Positions 21,900-33,000 of a stretch of 64,000 nt of DNA are shown piece after piece (within the stretch, counting starts at the first letter, position 1; each line of letters starts with the position of its first letter). Origin of the DNA: Trypanosoma brucei (lineage: Eukaryota); assembly GCA_000002445.1 (NCBI GenBank), contig CH464491.1:512001-576000 (forward strand). Direction: 5' to 3'. The translations under genes were made by a program, and so were the position numbers. The notes beneath the pieces were generated by a model that saw nothing but the letters and a program-made list of their open reading frames with translations, was not told the DNA's origin and did no database searches.

Positions 21900-22130
21900 T
21901 CACGCCTTCTTAGCGGCGGCCTTCTTGCCGGCAACCTTCTTCGGGGCAACCTTTTTGGGAGCGGCCTTCTTGGCTAAAGGTTTCTTGGCAACAGCCTTTT
22001 TGGGAGCAGCCTTCTTAGCGACAGCCTTCTTTGGAGCAGCCTTCTTAGCGACAGCCTTCTTAGGAGCAGCCTTTTTGGGGGCTGCCTTCTTAGCCACAGC
22101 TTTCTTGGGGGCAGCAGTTGTCTTCGCCAT
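21900..22130 (-). CDS. H1: histone H1 (copy E), 76 aa, N-terminus MAKTTAAPKK
   Basis: Full ORF with ATG at 22130. The body is identical in style to copy A. The 5' flank is unique because this copy is at the array edge. Confidence 0.85.
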   Translation of the reverse strand: MAKTTAAPKKAVAKKAAPKKAAPKKAVAKKAAPKKAVAKKAAPKKAVAKKPLAKKAAPKKVAPKKVAGKKAAAKKA

Positions 22131-22371
22131 ATTTTATTTTCCTTTCTACTTTCCTATGAAATGTTTTGGTCGAGAAAATAGTTTGAATTAATTTAATTAG
22201 GGTAATGGAGTGTTGTTTATACACATATATCTCCTTCTCTATTTTTTTTCCTTCATTACAGCATTTGGGTTAAGTTTTTTTTGGTAGTGATCTTCCGGGA
22301 CAATCAGGTGAGGTGCCTAAATTTGTGGTCGACGGAAAATTACCAAAAGTGTCCTCTGACTGTTGCTTTGT

Positions 22372-23352
22372 TTAGTTCTCGTTATCGTATGTCTCGATTA
22401 TGTCGTGAGACGGCCAAATACGAGCCATACCATCTTCTGCGCCGGAGGTAAATGATTTACCGTCTGGTGCCCAGCGTATATGAAAAATAGGACCATGGTG
22501 GCCCCTGTGGGACTCCAACTCAGTCCCGTCAACAGTGAACTCTTTTGCCTTTAGCTTTGATCCCGCAGCCACGTTTTGCCCGTTGGGAGAAAGCGATGCG
22601 CATTCGATATCGTCACTCGTTGTAAAGGAGCTCTTGATTTCTAGCGACGTAGTGTCTATGAAAGATATGCTCTTCTCATGGGCCGCCACAATGCTGTTGG
22701 AATGGGTGTACTCGAGGAAATTGAGGCCGGGAATCTCTTTCCTTAAGTATGGCAACGAAGTATCCCGAAGATCCCACTTCATAATAGTATTTTCGCATGC
22801 TGTAACCATTGTTGTGTGATCAATGAAGTACGTCGCCTTCACTTGATTAACCTTCTCGGTGCTGTCGAAACAAACAGGATTGGCATCGTAGGCTTGAGCG
22901 TCAAAAATGCGGACCAAGCCATCAACGCACCCCGTTGCGATTTTGTTGCCACACCAATCGCAGGACTTAATATACTTTGGATGGCTCCATGTATGTAGCT
23001 TATCCCCGGTCACGGCATTCCACACCATCGAGGAATAATCACCGCTTCCGGTAACCAATCTTGTGGCGTCCTCATTGAAGACCGAACAGTACACAGCACC
23101 CTTGTGCCCTTCGAATGTCCCAACCCAATCTCCAGTTTCTCCGTTACGCAACATAGGCTTAGCGTCGTGACATGACGTCACAAGCCAGAAGGTCCCGTCG
23201 ATGATGTTGCTATAGTTAATATGACATATTGGCCTCGTGTGCCCAGAGCAGATTTTCACCTTGGTTATATCGGCATTGGTGGCTGAAGGTGCCAACGAGT
23301 CTTTTTTCTGTGTTGCTGGTGTTTTTTCGGATCCCGAATGTCTGTTGTTCAT
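22372..23352 (-). CDS. STRAP: WD40-repeat protein, STRAP/UNRIP (serine-threonine kinase receptor-associated protein) homologue
   Basis: Collinear similarity to metazoan STRAP: CSGHTRP near the N-terminus, CHDAKPMLRNGETGDWVGTFEGHKGAVY (compare [28 protein letters not shown]), and the C-terminal ESHRGHHGPIFHIRWAPDGKSFTSGAEDGMARIWP (compare [35 protein letters not shown]). ATG at 23352. Confidence 0.75.
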   Translation of the reverse strand: MNNRHSGSEKTPATQKKDSLAPSATNADITKVKICSGHTRPICHINYSNIIDGTFWLVTSCHDAKPMLRNGETGDWVGTFEGHKGAVYCSVFNEDATRLVTGSGDYSSMVWNAVTGDKLHTWSHPKYIKSCDWCGNKIATGCVDGLVRIFDAQAYDANPVCFDSTEKVNQVKATYFIDHTTMVTACENTIMKWDLRDTSLPYLRKEIPGLNFLEYTHSNSIVAAHEKSISFIDTTSLEIKSSFTTSDDIECASLSPNGQNVAAGSKLKAKEFTVDGTELESHRGHHGPIFHIRWAPDGKSFTSGAEDGMARIWPSHDIIETYDNEN

Positions 23353-23948
23353 TTTCCTTCCTATTCCAGGATACTTACGAGCACTGTTTTTTTTTCCTGT
23401 TGCAAGTGATAGACAACTACACTGTCCCCTCTGGGTAATAGTATCTTGTGTGAGAAGAAGCCTTTAGTGAGACAGAAATTGTTTTCCCCTTTACTCGGAG
23501 GTAAGAAAGGAAGAAACTGACGACACCCTACAAAAACACGCAGTGCTGTTGTAACCGTTGTTGAAAAGACGTGAGAAACAAATATTTTCACTAAACGTGT
23601 AAAGAAAAAACCTTTTAACAACAAAAAATCGACTCCGCTGGTTCTGTTTCCCTCTCTTATATTGGCTTCCCTCACACTTAAGTTTCAATATCTCTCCTAC
23701 CATTAAGCTTCCCCCATCTATAATTATGTGTTAAAGTTACGTTCTCAAAATGACGGGACGGAAATGTACAGCTCCACTTTTCACGGTAAAACGCGATGGG
23801 TTGGTGAGTCCTCCCGCGGTTTCCAACACACATTTCGCATTCGCATACCTTTGACCCCCCGTCTTCTACCTATGAATGCTTCGCCGACAAATGCTAGTAA
23901 CGATTAATAAATAAAATCTTTTTCATTTGGCAACACTGCTCATTTGCT

Positions 23949-25538
23949 TCATTGAGTCCGTTTGCGTGGCACAGCCCGAAGGATGTCATCAACGCGAAGT
24001 ATCATTTCAGCAGCCTCAGCAGCGTAGCCCAAGACAGAACTTTTAACCTTGAACGACTCAGTGATCCCAAGGGCCTTGACGTCAGCAACATCGCCCTTTA
24101 CAACATCGATCCCAAATGTATTACGACCTTGATAGTGCTCCGCCTGCAAGCGAGTGATCAGATCATTACTGTCAAGCCCCGCATTATCGGCGATGATGGA
24201 TGGGATCATCCGGAGTGCGTTAGCAAAGGCAATCATCGCGAGCTGCTTCTTTCCTGGTGTTGTTTTGGCCCTTTCCTCAACAGCGCGTGCCATGACAAAT
24301 TCAGAGCACCCAGCGCCCAGCACCGTCCTCGTTTCACCGATGGTTTGTGAAATAACACAGAGTGCATCGTGGATGGAACGCTCAGCTTCATCTAAAATGT
24401 GCTGCGACATTCCGCGAACCACAATCGTACATGCTTCGCCCTTGGGGAGACCAGAGAACCGTATAACGGTGCTCTCACCGATCATAATTTCGTCAATCCT
24501 CTTTGCAAAGCCATACTTGACATTCTGAGACTCGTCAAACTGTGAAAGCACGTCGGCACCCAGTGCCTTGGCAAGTCGTTCAATCCCCTCAAAATCAGCG
24601 TGTTCAATTGCCATAATTCCGTGCTGGGCAAAGATTTCTTCGGGATAATTGTAGATAAGTTGGCGGTTAATGAAGCAGTTGATATTGTGCTTTATTATCT
24701 TCATACACTTGTTTTTCATCTTTTCCTTCTCTGAAGCTTCAACTTCCGCCAACTGCGACACACTTTCCACTCGAACTTTGGCTCCAAAAATCTTGATTTT
24801 GTCGGTGTCCATGGGAGTGTTCGCTACCAGAATCTTAGCGTCCTCTAGGAAACGCGGTTGGCCGACACCAATTTTTTTATCGAGTAAGAAACCAGGTTCA
24901 AGGTAGCTGTCACGGAGGGTTCCCCCCAATTTTTTCATTATATTAATCATTTCAAGGTTACCACTTCCCTTTAAGCGAAGAACAGCGTCTACACAAAGCT
25001 TGGCGAAGTGCTCCTTTTCCACAGTAATAATTTTAGAACTCAGAGTCGTTTTGGCAATCCTGATCAAGTCGTCATAGAACAACTTCTCGTCACTACCGTG
25101 GTCTTCAGCGGAGGCAACCAGTGCCTCACGTGCAACTTGCGTAGCTAGACGGTATCCTTCGATGATCGTTTGAGGGTGAATCGATTGGTCTAGCAGTTTC
25201 TCAGCGTTTCGAAGAAGTTCACCGGCGAGAACGGTCACACTCGTGGTTCCATCACCAACTTCGTCATCCTGGGTCTTACTCATGTCAATGAGAATTTTTC
25301 CTGCTGGGTTATCCATGAAGAGGGACTTGAGTATAGTAGCACCATCATTGGTCACACGTACTCCCTGAGACCGATCCATGCCTTGAAGAATCTTGTCCAT
25401 TCCCTTTGGTCCAAGGGTCGTTTTCACAATATCGGCAACCGATACGGCACCCATAATATTCATGAGGCGGGCACGCTCACCCTTCTCCTCTGAAGCTCCG
25501 TCACGGAGCACCTGCTGAGCTTGGTTAGCGAAAAGCAT
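23949..25538 (-). CDS. CCT2: T-complex protein 1 (CCT) subunit beta chaperonin
   Basis: Near-collinear identity blocks with CCT-beta: [88 protein letters not shown]. The track ORF starts at TTG 25559; the first in-frame ATG is at 25538. Confidence 0.85.
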   Translation of the reverse strand: MLFANQAQQVLRDGASEEKGERARLMNIMGAVSVADIVKTTLGPKGMDKILQGMDRSQGVRVTNDGATILKSLFMDNPAGKILIDMSKTQDDEVGDGTTSVTVLAGELLRNAEKLLDQSIHPQTIIEGYRLATQVAREALVASAEDHGSDEKLFYDDLIRIAKTTLSSKIITVEKEHFAKLCVDAVLRLKGSGNLEMINIMKKLGGTLRDSYLEPGFLLDKKIGVGQPRFLEDAKILVANTPMDTDKIKIFGAKVRVESVSQLAEVEASEKEKMKNKCMKIIKHNINCFINRQLIYNYPEEIFAQHGIMAIEHADFEGIERLAKALGADVLSQFDESQNVKYGFAKRIDEIMIGESTVIRFSGLPKGEACTIVVRGMSQHILDEAERSIHDALCVISQTIGETRTVLGAGCSEFVMARAVEERAKTTPGKKQLAMIAFANALRMIPSIIADNAGLDSNDLITRLQAEHYQGRNTFGIDVVKGDVADVKALGITESFKVKSSVLGYAAEAAEMILRVDDILRAVPRKRTQ

Positions 25539-26075
25539 TATTGTTTTCTCTTGTATCAACTATTCTACATATAGTGGATCGAAGCATGAATGTTTAGTGT
25601 GACTTCAAATGCACAAGGATGTGTCCCCCGTTTTCCAATACGGTGGCGAAGACCCTTCCAGGAAAAAAGGAAATGATTTACATAACCACTTAGTCCAATA
25701 TGCTACAAGCACCGCACCCAGTGGCATGTTCCCCTGTCAAGCAGCATAGTCGCAACAATCGTTTCGGACCGCCACTAGCATTGCGGTCCTTCAACTTCAT
25801 TTTCACAGAGAGAATAAAAGACAAAGAATGGTCACCACTTGACAAAATAATCTCTCGTTTGCAGAGTGGCAAATACACTCAAAACGCAACACCTCGGTAA
25901 ATAGTTTTAGCCAGATGATGTTGACACTTAAATATGTCGAGACACTCATTCGTGTTCTATTTCACACAGTTGTTCATGAGCAAATACAACCGACTGTAGG
26001 ACCAAAATGATCCACCTCAACTAGATTTATTAGCTTCTATCAATCTAACTGTCGCGGTAGATTTTGTAGAGCCAA

Positions 26076-27044
26076 TTATTCTACATGAACAATAATTCCG
26101 GTATTCCGTACCCCAGTTGCGGAGGTAATGAAGCTCCTTATAGATCCCTTAACGAGGCCGCGCACGGAGCTCTGATCAGCCGAATCGTGCTTCAGAAGTT
26201 TAACTGCACAAAGTGAAGAGTCCCTGGGTGAAGTTGAATGTGTCCACGCACAAAGACAGAGAACTCTTTTAACACCAACAACACTGCATATCTCGGAAAT
26301 TAGGGTCTGGAAAAACGACAGCTCTCCATAAGGCTGATTTGACAACAGCAAAACTTTACCTGTTTCCTCTAAGAGGGGAAACGCCGATGCAGCTATGAAA
26401 AACGAACACAGAATGCTACAAATTGGGTCAGAAATCCTCGCCCCCGTCAGTGTAATTATGATACTTGATGTCATCACGCTTATGCTCCCTAGAAGATCAG
26501 CCAGTATGTGCAAGTAAACCCCTCTAATATTGTGATCAACCGAGCCCGAGCAACCACCATGAGCATGTGAGTGACCGTGCATACCATGAAAAAAAATGAT
26601 TCCTAGAATATTTACAATTAACCCGATAAGTGAAACTTGTATCAAATATCCAGCTTCAATTTCCGGCGGTTTAATTATCCGTTCAATTGATTCCAGGGTA
26701 ACATACCATGCAATAAATAGTAGAAGAACAGCGTTTACAAAGCCTCCCAAAACTTCATATCTCGCATACCCAAACGGATACCTCCTTTCATCAGATGGAA
26801 AGGATGCAACAACGGCAGCGCACAAGCCGATGGCAATAGAAGCGGAGTCGAGCATCATGTGAAAGGCATCAGAGATAAGCCCCAGCGAATTAACCGCAAT
26901 TCCATATACTAATTCAAGCACCATCACCCCAGTCGTCAGCAACAGAAACATCGCTAAATTCCTCTCCCGTCGGCTGGAAAATAATTGACTGATAGCATTT
27001 GCAACAGAAATATCGTTCCCCTTGTAGGGAAACCCGGGAAGCAT
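26076..27044 (-). CDS. cation diffusion facilitator (CDF/ZnT-like) metal transporter
   Basis: 322 aa with six hydrophobic helices, a His-rich loop HGMHGHSHAHGGCSGSVDH and an HILADLLGSISV motif typical of CDF transmembrane helix 5. ATG at 27044. It is the promoter-proximal gene of the minus-strand PTU. Confidence 0.75.
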   Translation of the reverse strand: MLPGFPYKGNDISVANAISQLFSSRRERNLAMFLLLTTGVMVLELVYGIAVNSLGLISDAFHMMLDSASIAIGLCAAVVASFPSDERRYPFGYARYEVLGGFVNAVLLLFIAWYVTLESIERIIKPPEIEAGYLIQVSLIGLIVNILGIIFFHGMHGHSHAHGGCSGSVDHNIRGVYLHILADLLGSISVMTSSIIITLTGARISDPICSILCSFFIAASAFPLLEETGKVLLLSNQPYGELSFFQTLISEICSVVGVKRVLCLCAWTHSTSPRDSSLCAVKLLKHDSADQSSVRGLVKGSIRSFITSATGVRNTGIIVHVE

Positions 27045-30000
27045 TAGTCACTTATTTGAACACACATAACGATAACAATACAACCATAAGCATTCGTAAA
27101 AAAAAAACGAAAAATGTATAATGTAAGTGTGAAAACTGCGAAACAGACACAGCTCAGTGCCAGAAACAATAGCAAATACAAATTTGAGGCGGGGAGAGTA
27201 CCAACCTGTTCCTTGGACATGGCGAAACGGCCTCACATTACGAGACCAACTCCTTCCCTAAAATAAGAAAAGGAGGTAAATTTGTAAAAAGGAGATCGCC
27301 TATTTATTTTACATCTGGCGGACGTTTCAGACTACCCATCAAAACTACAAGCAAAAATCATATTCCTTCCTCAAAAAGGGGGGGATTAACCGCCCACCAA
27401 CCACCCTCCAGAGGTAAGGGGCAAGAGAATACCAAAAATAAAAGACATTAGGTAACTACGTGTAACACCAGATGGGTCAATAGCAATATCCCACAGCATT
27501 CATTCTTACCAGGATAAATGCACATACGCAGTCGCCTCCCTGTGTACAATTAAGGTAATTCAACAAAGAAAAAATGTTGAACCACAAAGACTGTCTTCAT
27601 CCATCAAGGTTTCTTCTGTTACCGCGGAAAAACGGTTTGAACAACTCCATCCCGATCCTCTAATACTTATGCATGCCTAGTAGAGGAGTCCTTCTCCTTC
27701 AAGTCCATTAAGACAAACCATACGTCCACAGAAGACCAGATATTGGAAACTGCAAAGGAGTAATTAGTGAACAGAGAAAACGGTCGTATATTCCTCAATT
27801 GTCAGTATGATCTCCAAAACAAATCACCGAAAACACCAGACAACCGTCAACAATGAGAAAAACAGGGGGAAAAATACACTGCGTAGTGGAGCCTCCCATT
27901 GCATTGACCAGTCCTTCGTTCACATCTATATTTCAAATGGTCCAACGCCAATTATACCTCATACCTAAACTAATGATGTACCCAACAATAAAGATGCGTA
28001 TTAATATTAAAGCTGGTTGTTGTTTTCATACGTTAAGCACGATAAAAGAAATATTAGTAACAATAGAAATAATAGATTCCATCAACAAATCAACTCACCT
28101 CTCACCACCAAAAAAAAAAAGTAGTAAGGAATGTAAGGCGAAGCTAATTGGTCGCAGTAAAAAAAACTCGGAGCAGTATTTTAAAAAAGGGGGGCAAGGA
28201 CAACGGAGGCAGTTGAGCACCAAGTATTCAGAGCTTTATCTCCCACTAACAACGGTAGGCTCCCACTAACACCGACGCCGTTTCCACCTGTTACGCCTAC
28301 GTGCAATATCCCCCTACCTGATGGGTGGCAGCAAATCCTACAGTGAATATGTTGAATTGACCGGGTGTAAAAACACTCAATATAGCAATTCGTAACCCGA
28401 CAACTTGGTTAAGGAGAAAAGTTTCTTTGAGGTACTTTTGGTTCAATGTCAAAACAAAAGCGAGGGGCAAAATAAAGAGTAGATTGCACAGGAATTTAAT
28501 TAACTTTTGCAAATAGAAAATACAATAGCTTCAAGTATTCTGAGTCCCTCTGATTGTCGACCTCTGAATATTTAAGGTAGTGGTCCATGCAACTGCACGA
28601 TACTATTTAGCACTCAATTAAACGATTGCTTTTTTTAAGTTTCTAACAATAGTATTATTTCAAGGATGATCCAGAGACGGAAACTTCTCTTGAAGCGGGT
28701 GTAATAATACTTAAAAGAGAGAAAAGGCACACTTTCACAGTAATAAAGTACGTTACATGTCGAAGGAGCTAGAAAAGAGCGATGAGCAAACATCAAGATA
28801 GGCAGCCCAGTACCCTGGCTCAACAACGTTTAAACAAAAAACAACAAAAACTGGTGATTCACAAAACATAATAACAATATATATGTCTAAATTTTGCGTT
28901 GTTACGGGAAAATAATGGCATCAGAGGTGACGTTGATGAAGTGTCACCCAAACAAGAACGCCGCCAGTGAATGCAGTACCTGCAAGGATTCGCAAGTGGC
29001 TCCAGGCGCCACAAAGCTAGCAGGTGAGAGAGACAGAAAATAAAACATCAATCCCCTGCGACCGCAACGGAGCGGCACAGCACCAAAAGGCCCAACATCG
29101 TCATGGTGGAAGAGACACTAAGCATCAGCACCCTTGTCGGAAGAATGAAACTACATTACCGGGCCAACCATCAGCGGCCCGCTTTAAAGCGCAGCGCACC
29201 AACGAGCTTCTGGGAGAGAGAAACACCGCGGGCTATATGGGTGACGGCACCAAAGTGTCACGACAAGCGGGGGGCGTCGACTTTCCAGATGGGCAGCGAC
29301 AGCATCGACCCGAGCCGGACAACACCATTCGCGAGGTGGTGCGGAACATGGGAAGCCCTCCCCATCTCCACCGAGGAGCCTTGCCCTGGAGGAGACACTC
29401 AGACAAGGTAAGACACACCTCTCCCCAGAAAGCCTTCTCTTAATATATTTAAATACCATGTAGCCGACACGTCCGACCCGAGAGGCAATTCGGGCCGTCC
29501 TCTCACATCCGCAACGGCGCGAGGGCACGTGAGGGGCTAACAGCCCTACACACATTGGGAAGAGTGGCGGCCTCTCTCGTGCTTGCACCGGGTGTTCACC
29601 ATGCCATGACACCAGTCTCCTTTTCCCAACACACCTCAACATGGGAAGAGGAGGGCCGGAGACTCTGAGCGACGCGTACTGACGTCCAGTTCCTAGAATG
29701 GCCAACAACGTACGCAATCCCGTTCGGCGTACCCACATCCAATGTCGTCCACGCCAAATGGTATCAACCAAAGGGTCGGCGAGGTATCGAACTGGGCCCC
29801 ATCCGCGAGCCCAGCAACCACAACACTTTGAAAGTGCTTGATACCACCGCTGGCGCCACAGAAGTGAGGACAGCTCTATTGACATAATGAAGATCATCAT
29901 TCTCACGGGAAAAAATCAGGTTGGCCGCGCGTATCAGCAAAGAGACAATCCGAAAGTTTTCTAAGGAAGGTGGGCAACGCGAATGGCAACACATACCCAG

Positions 30001-33000
30001 TCGTGCGTGGTGCCGGATAGGGTGGAAAAAAAAAAAGAACCCCCCCCCCGGGAGTCGAGAGGTCGCCCCTGACGACAGACGAGAAACATTTCTTATGCCC
30101 GGCTGGCACCACCGAAGGACCCAGGGGGGAAAGAAGGATGGTCGCCCCGGCGGTGCCAGCACAGGGTAGCCACTCGGGACAACAAAGCAAACCTCGGTAA
30201 ACAGAACAATAGGGTATCGAAACTGGTCGTGGCAGAAGAGCGTTTTAAACGCTGCGACAACTGCTCGCAACCCACTAGGCGGCGTCAACCCCCAGCGCTC
30301 GTTACTCTCGGGCTTCCGCGGGCCGAGGGGCGACAAGGACGAGCTGCGGCCGGAAGGTAACAAACAATGCCAACGAAACAGCGCGACGCATGGAAGATGA
30401 AAGTACTGGAGGTCAAGGGTTGCTTACTCGGGGCGTTTTATGGGCCCAACGGAAAGGCTACAATATGGGCGCTGCTTGGTGAATCGGAGATTTGTGGGGG
30501 CAGCACGTACTCGAGTAGCTGAAATATACGAACTGCAGCGAGAAGTAATATGTATTTAACCCGTTCAATTGAACCCTGTAATGCAGAAAAACACTGCGCT
30601 ACTGAAAGCAGAGCTCCATCACAACGTTACCGGTGGAAACAAACTGGATATCGACATTTCACCATTTTCAAAGTTATCGGAACGGATGGTCGCCAGTAGG
30701 TTCTGTGGTACCGTGGACCAACCGTCATGGGCGTAACAAGCCGAGTTAACACGAACGCCTCGAACAGTAGGCAGCATAGCGCAACTTTTTCGGACCTGAG
30801 TTTCTCTAGAAATATCACCAGGCGCCGCTGCTGTATTCACGCACCGTCCCCGAGCACTTGTATCAGTGAATCAAAGCCGCGCCATCCACGCATCGGAAAG
30901 ACTCCCCGTGGACTCATAGTCACTCGATGGATTAGCAATTCTCCAAGCAGAGTGGTGTGAGCCAGAGTGTGCACACTTCCGGGGGCTACCGCTAATACTG
31001 GGACCGCCGCAGGGACCAACGTTGGGCCTCATTCTGTTCAACCCTTGGAACAGTGGTAAATGTCTCGTCCCAGGGTTCAGCACCATGAGGGGACTCTGTT
31101 CCACTACATGACTTACCCTAGTGATGCAGAATACTTCAACGTAGTACCAGAGACCTCTGACACGTTTTTTCGCGTGAGACCAATAATCTTAAGGGGTGCA
31201 GACCTGTGGAACACTGTTTTGGCCGATCCGCTCGGTCGACCATACGGCATGGGGTCCGCCAACCCCGTTGCGGGATATCGCTTCTCTACGTTGTTCCCCT
31301 GACAGGTGCTAGTATTCCGGCAAAAGCATAACTTCAAGTAAGACAGCGGTCTTATTACACAGCATCCTGCAGTGTTGTTTCCTAGTTGCCCCGGTTTTTC
31401 GTATTTCTCACGAAGGTAAAAAGAAAATCTCTAACTTTTTTTTTGTTAATCAAAACGGCAGACGAAGTGAACATGGCACTTAACAGCGTGCAAGGGACCT
31501 GGCGCCACTTCGTTGTCGGTGATCTAAGTCTGGAGGTGATGGAGAAACAATAAGTACGGTGAAGCTGCAGCGTGGGCCACAAAAGGGTGGAAACAGTGAT
31601 GTAACCGTTGGCAGGGCGGTTGTAGGTCCTGCGCTGAATGAGATTTTGTTTGCTTCAAGCGTGGTGAAACATTCAAACCCAAAACACATAGGAGTCACAA
31701 ATGTCAGGTACCAGAAGTCTTCAAGAACTAATAGCGGTTTTAAACCAGGTAAGTAGGGTTATTGCTATTAGGCGTCAAGTAATGTAGGAGATGCCCACTA
31801 CCAGGGCACAAAAGAGAAAGAGCATCCGGAACACATTCCCAGCGCGACGACAACAAACGCAAATAAGCACTAGGGCAAAGAATTGCACCACTGGGTCTGA
31901 AAAGAAGCAGAGGACATGATGATAGGATGCGCACCGGCGACCCGAGCGCCAGAGTGCTTGTAAAAGGAATGTCACGCTTACCGAAAAGGTAAATTGCACA
32001 AACCTGTTTCCTCGGTACAAAACTGAAGAATCGGAAAGGTAGTGCGCTAACGCGGGGAATGGAAAGCACTTATACATTCGCCACTAAATGAACGGGGAAG
32101 GAGTAAACCCCCACATTCTTCACGGCACCCCAATATATTGGTAAATGCGTCCAGTTTCTATGATCCTGTTGGTATCGTCTTCCCAGGGTGACTCGACGAA
32201 GGGTTTGCAGAACTCAGGTTTCAAAAGTGCGGTGCCTACGCGCCGGAAGAACCCCAACCCTGGCAGAAACGACGGATGTCTGGGGGTTGGCGAGAAAATG
32301 CGCCTTATTCTGTGAACGCTTAAGAGCGGAACAAAGAAGTGTAGGCTTCCACTACAACTGGCGGTTATAGTATGGAGCAAAAAAAAGTTATAGTGAGTCG
32401 AATCCGCAGCACGATGTAAAGTTTTCGATCGAGGGGAGGGGTTAAATTAAAACGCAATCCCACAAGTCCACATAGCTGGAAAGGGGTCAGATTAAATCCC
32501 ATAAGCTACGATGCAACTAGTTTGGTCACTAGTTTTGCAGCCACATCGGCATTACGGCACTGAAGCAGTGGGAACAGCTACTGAATTTAGAGGCAACCCA
32601 CTATGCACTATCGCGAACGACGGCCAGCAACAGAAAAAAAAATGAAGCAAATCTGGGGGGAGGGAGAAGAGAAAGTTTAGCGCCAGATCTGAAAGGATGG
32701 CCTCATAACACGTGCTGTTATGATTTGAATTGGCCTCTTGTGTCTGAGATATCTCGTTGTGTTATCCAAAAGTTTGTTTGAGGTAAGGGAACCTGGGCAA
32801 TCCACAACGGACAGTTCAGCAAAACAGAGAGGGGAAATCAATGGAAGATAATTCAAGGAGGAGAAAGAAGAATCAAAGGTGTAACTGAAACTGGATCCCA
32901 AGAATGAACTTACGAGAAGTTGCAACGCGTCGAAGGTTCCCGGGCTGGTGGACAGCTCCTGTAACACACGCGGTGCGCGGGTTATATAAAACCAACAGTA

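Larger units (their letters stand above)
20290..22150 (-). repeat. histone H1 tandem sub-array 2 (3 units)
   Basis: The same conserved flank blocks as sub-array 1 recur at ~20366, 21021 and 21660, giving unit periods of 655 and 639 bp. Confidence 0.85.

Noticed and set aside
29184-30363. Overlapping 199-240 aa ORFs in the GC-rich core of the strand-switch region
   Set aside because: High GC removes stop codons. The ORFs overlap on both strands in several frames, have R/P/G/W-rich nonsense composition, and have no catalytic or structural motifs. Kept as a compositional finding, not as genes.
32388-32410. tRNA-like T-loop-ish string gtgagtcgaatccgc in the strand-switch region; other ttcgaa hits at 33690 and 34655
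   Set aside because: No canonical G53-TTCGAAT-C61 arrangement, and no acceptor or D-arm complementarity could be built around any of them. No tRNA is claimed.
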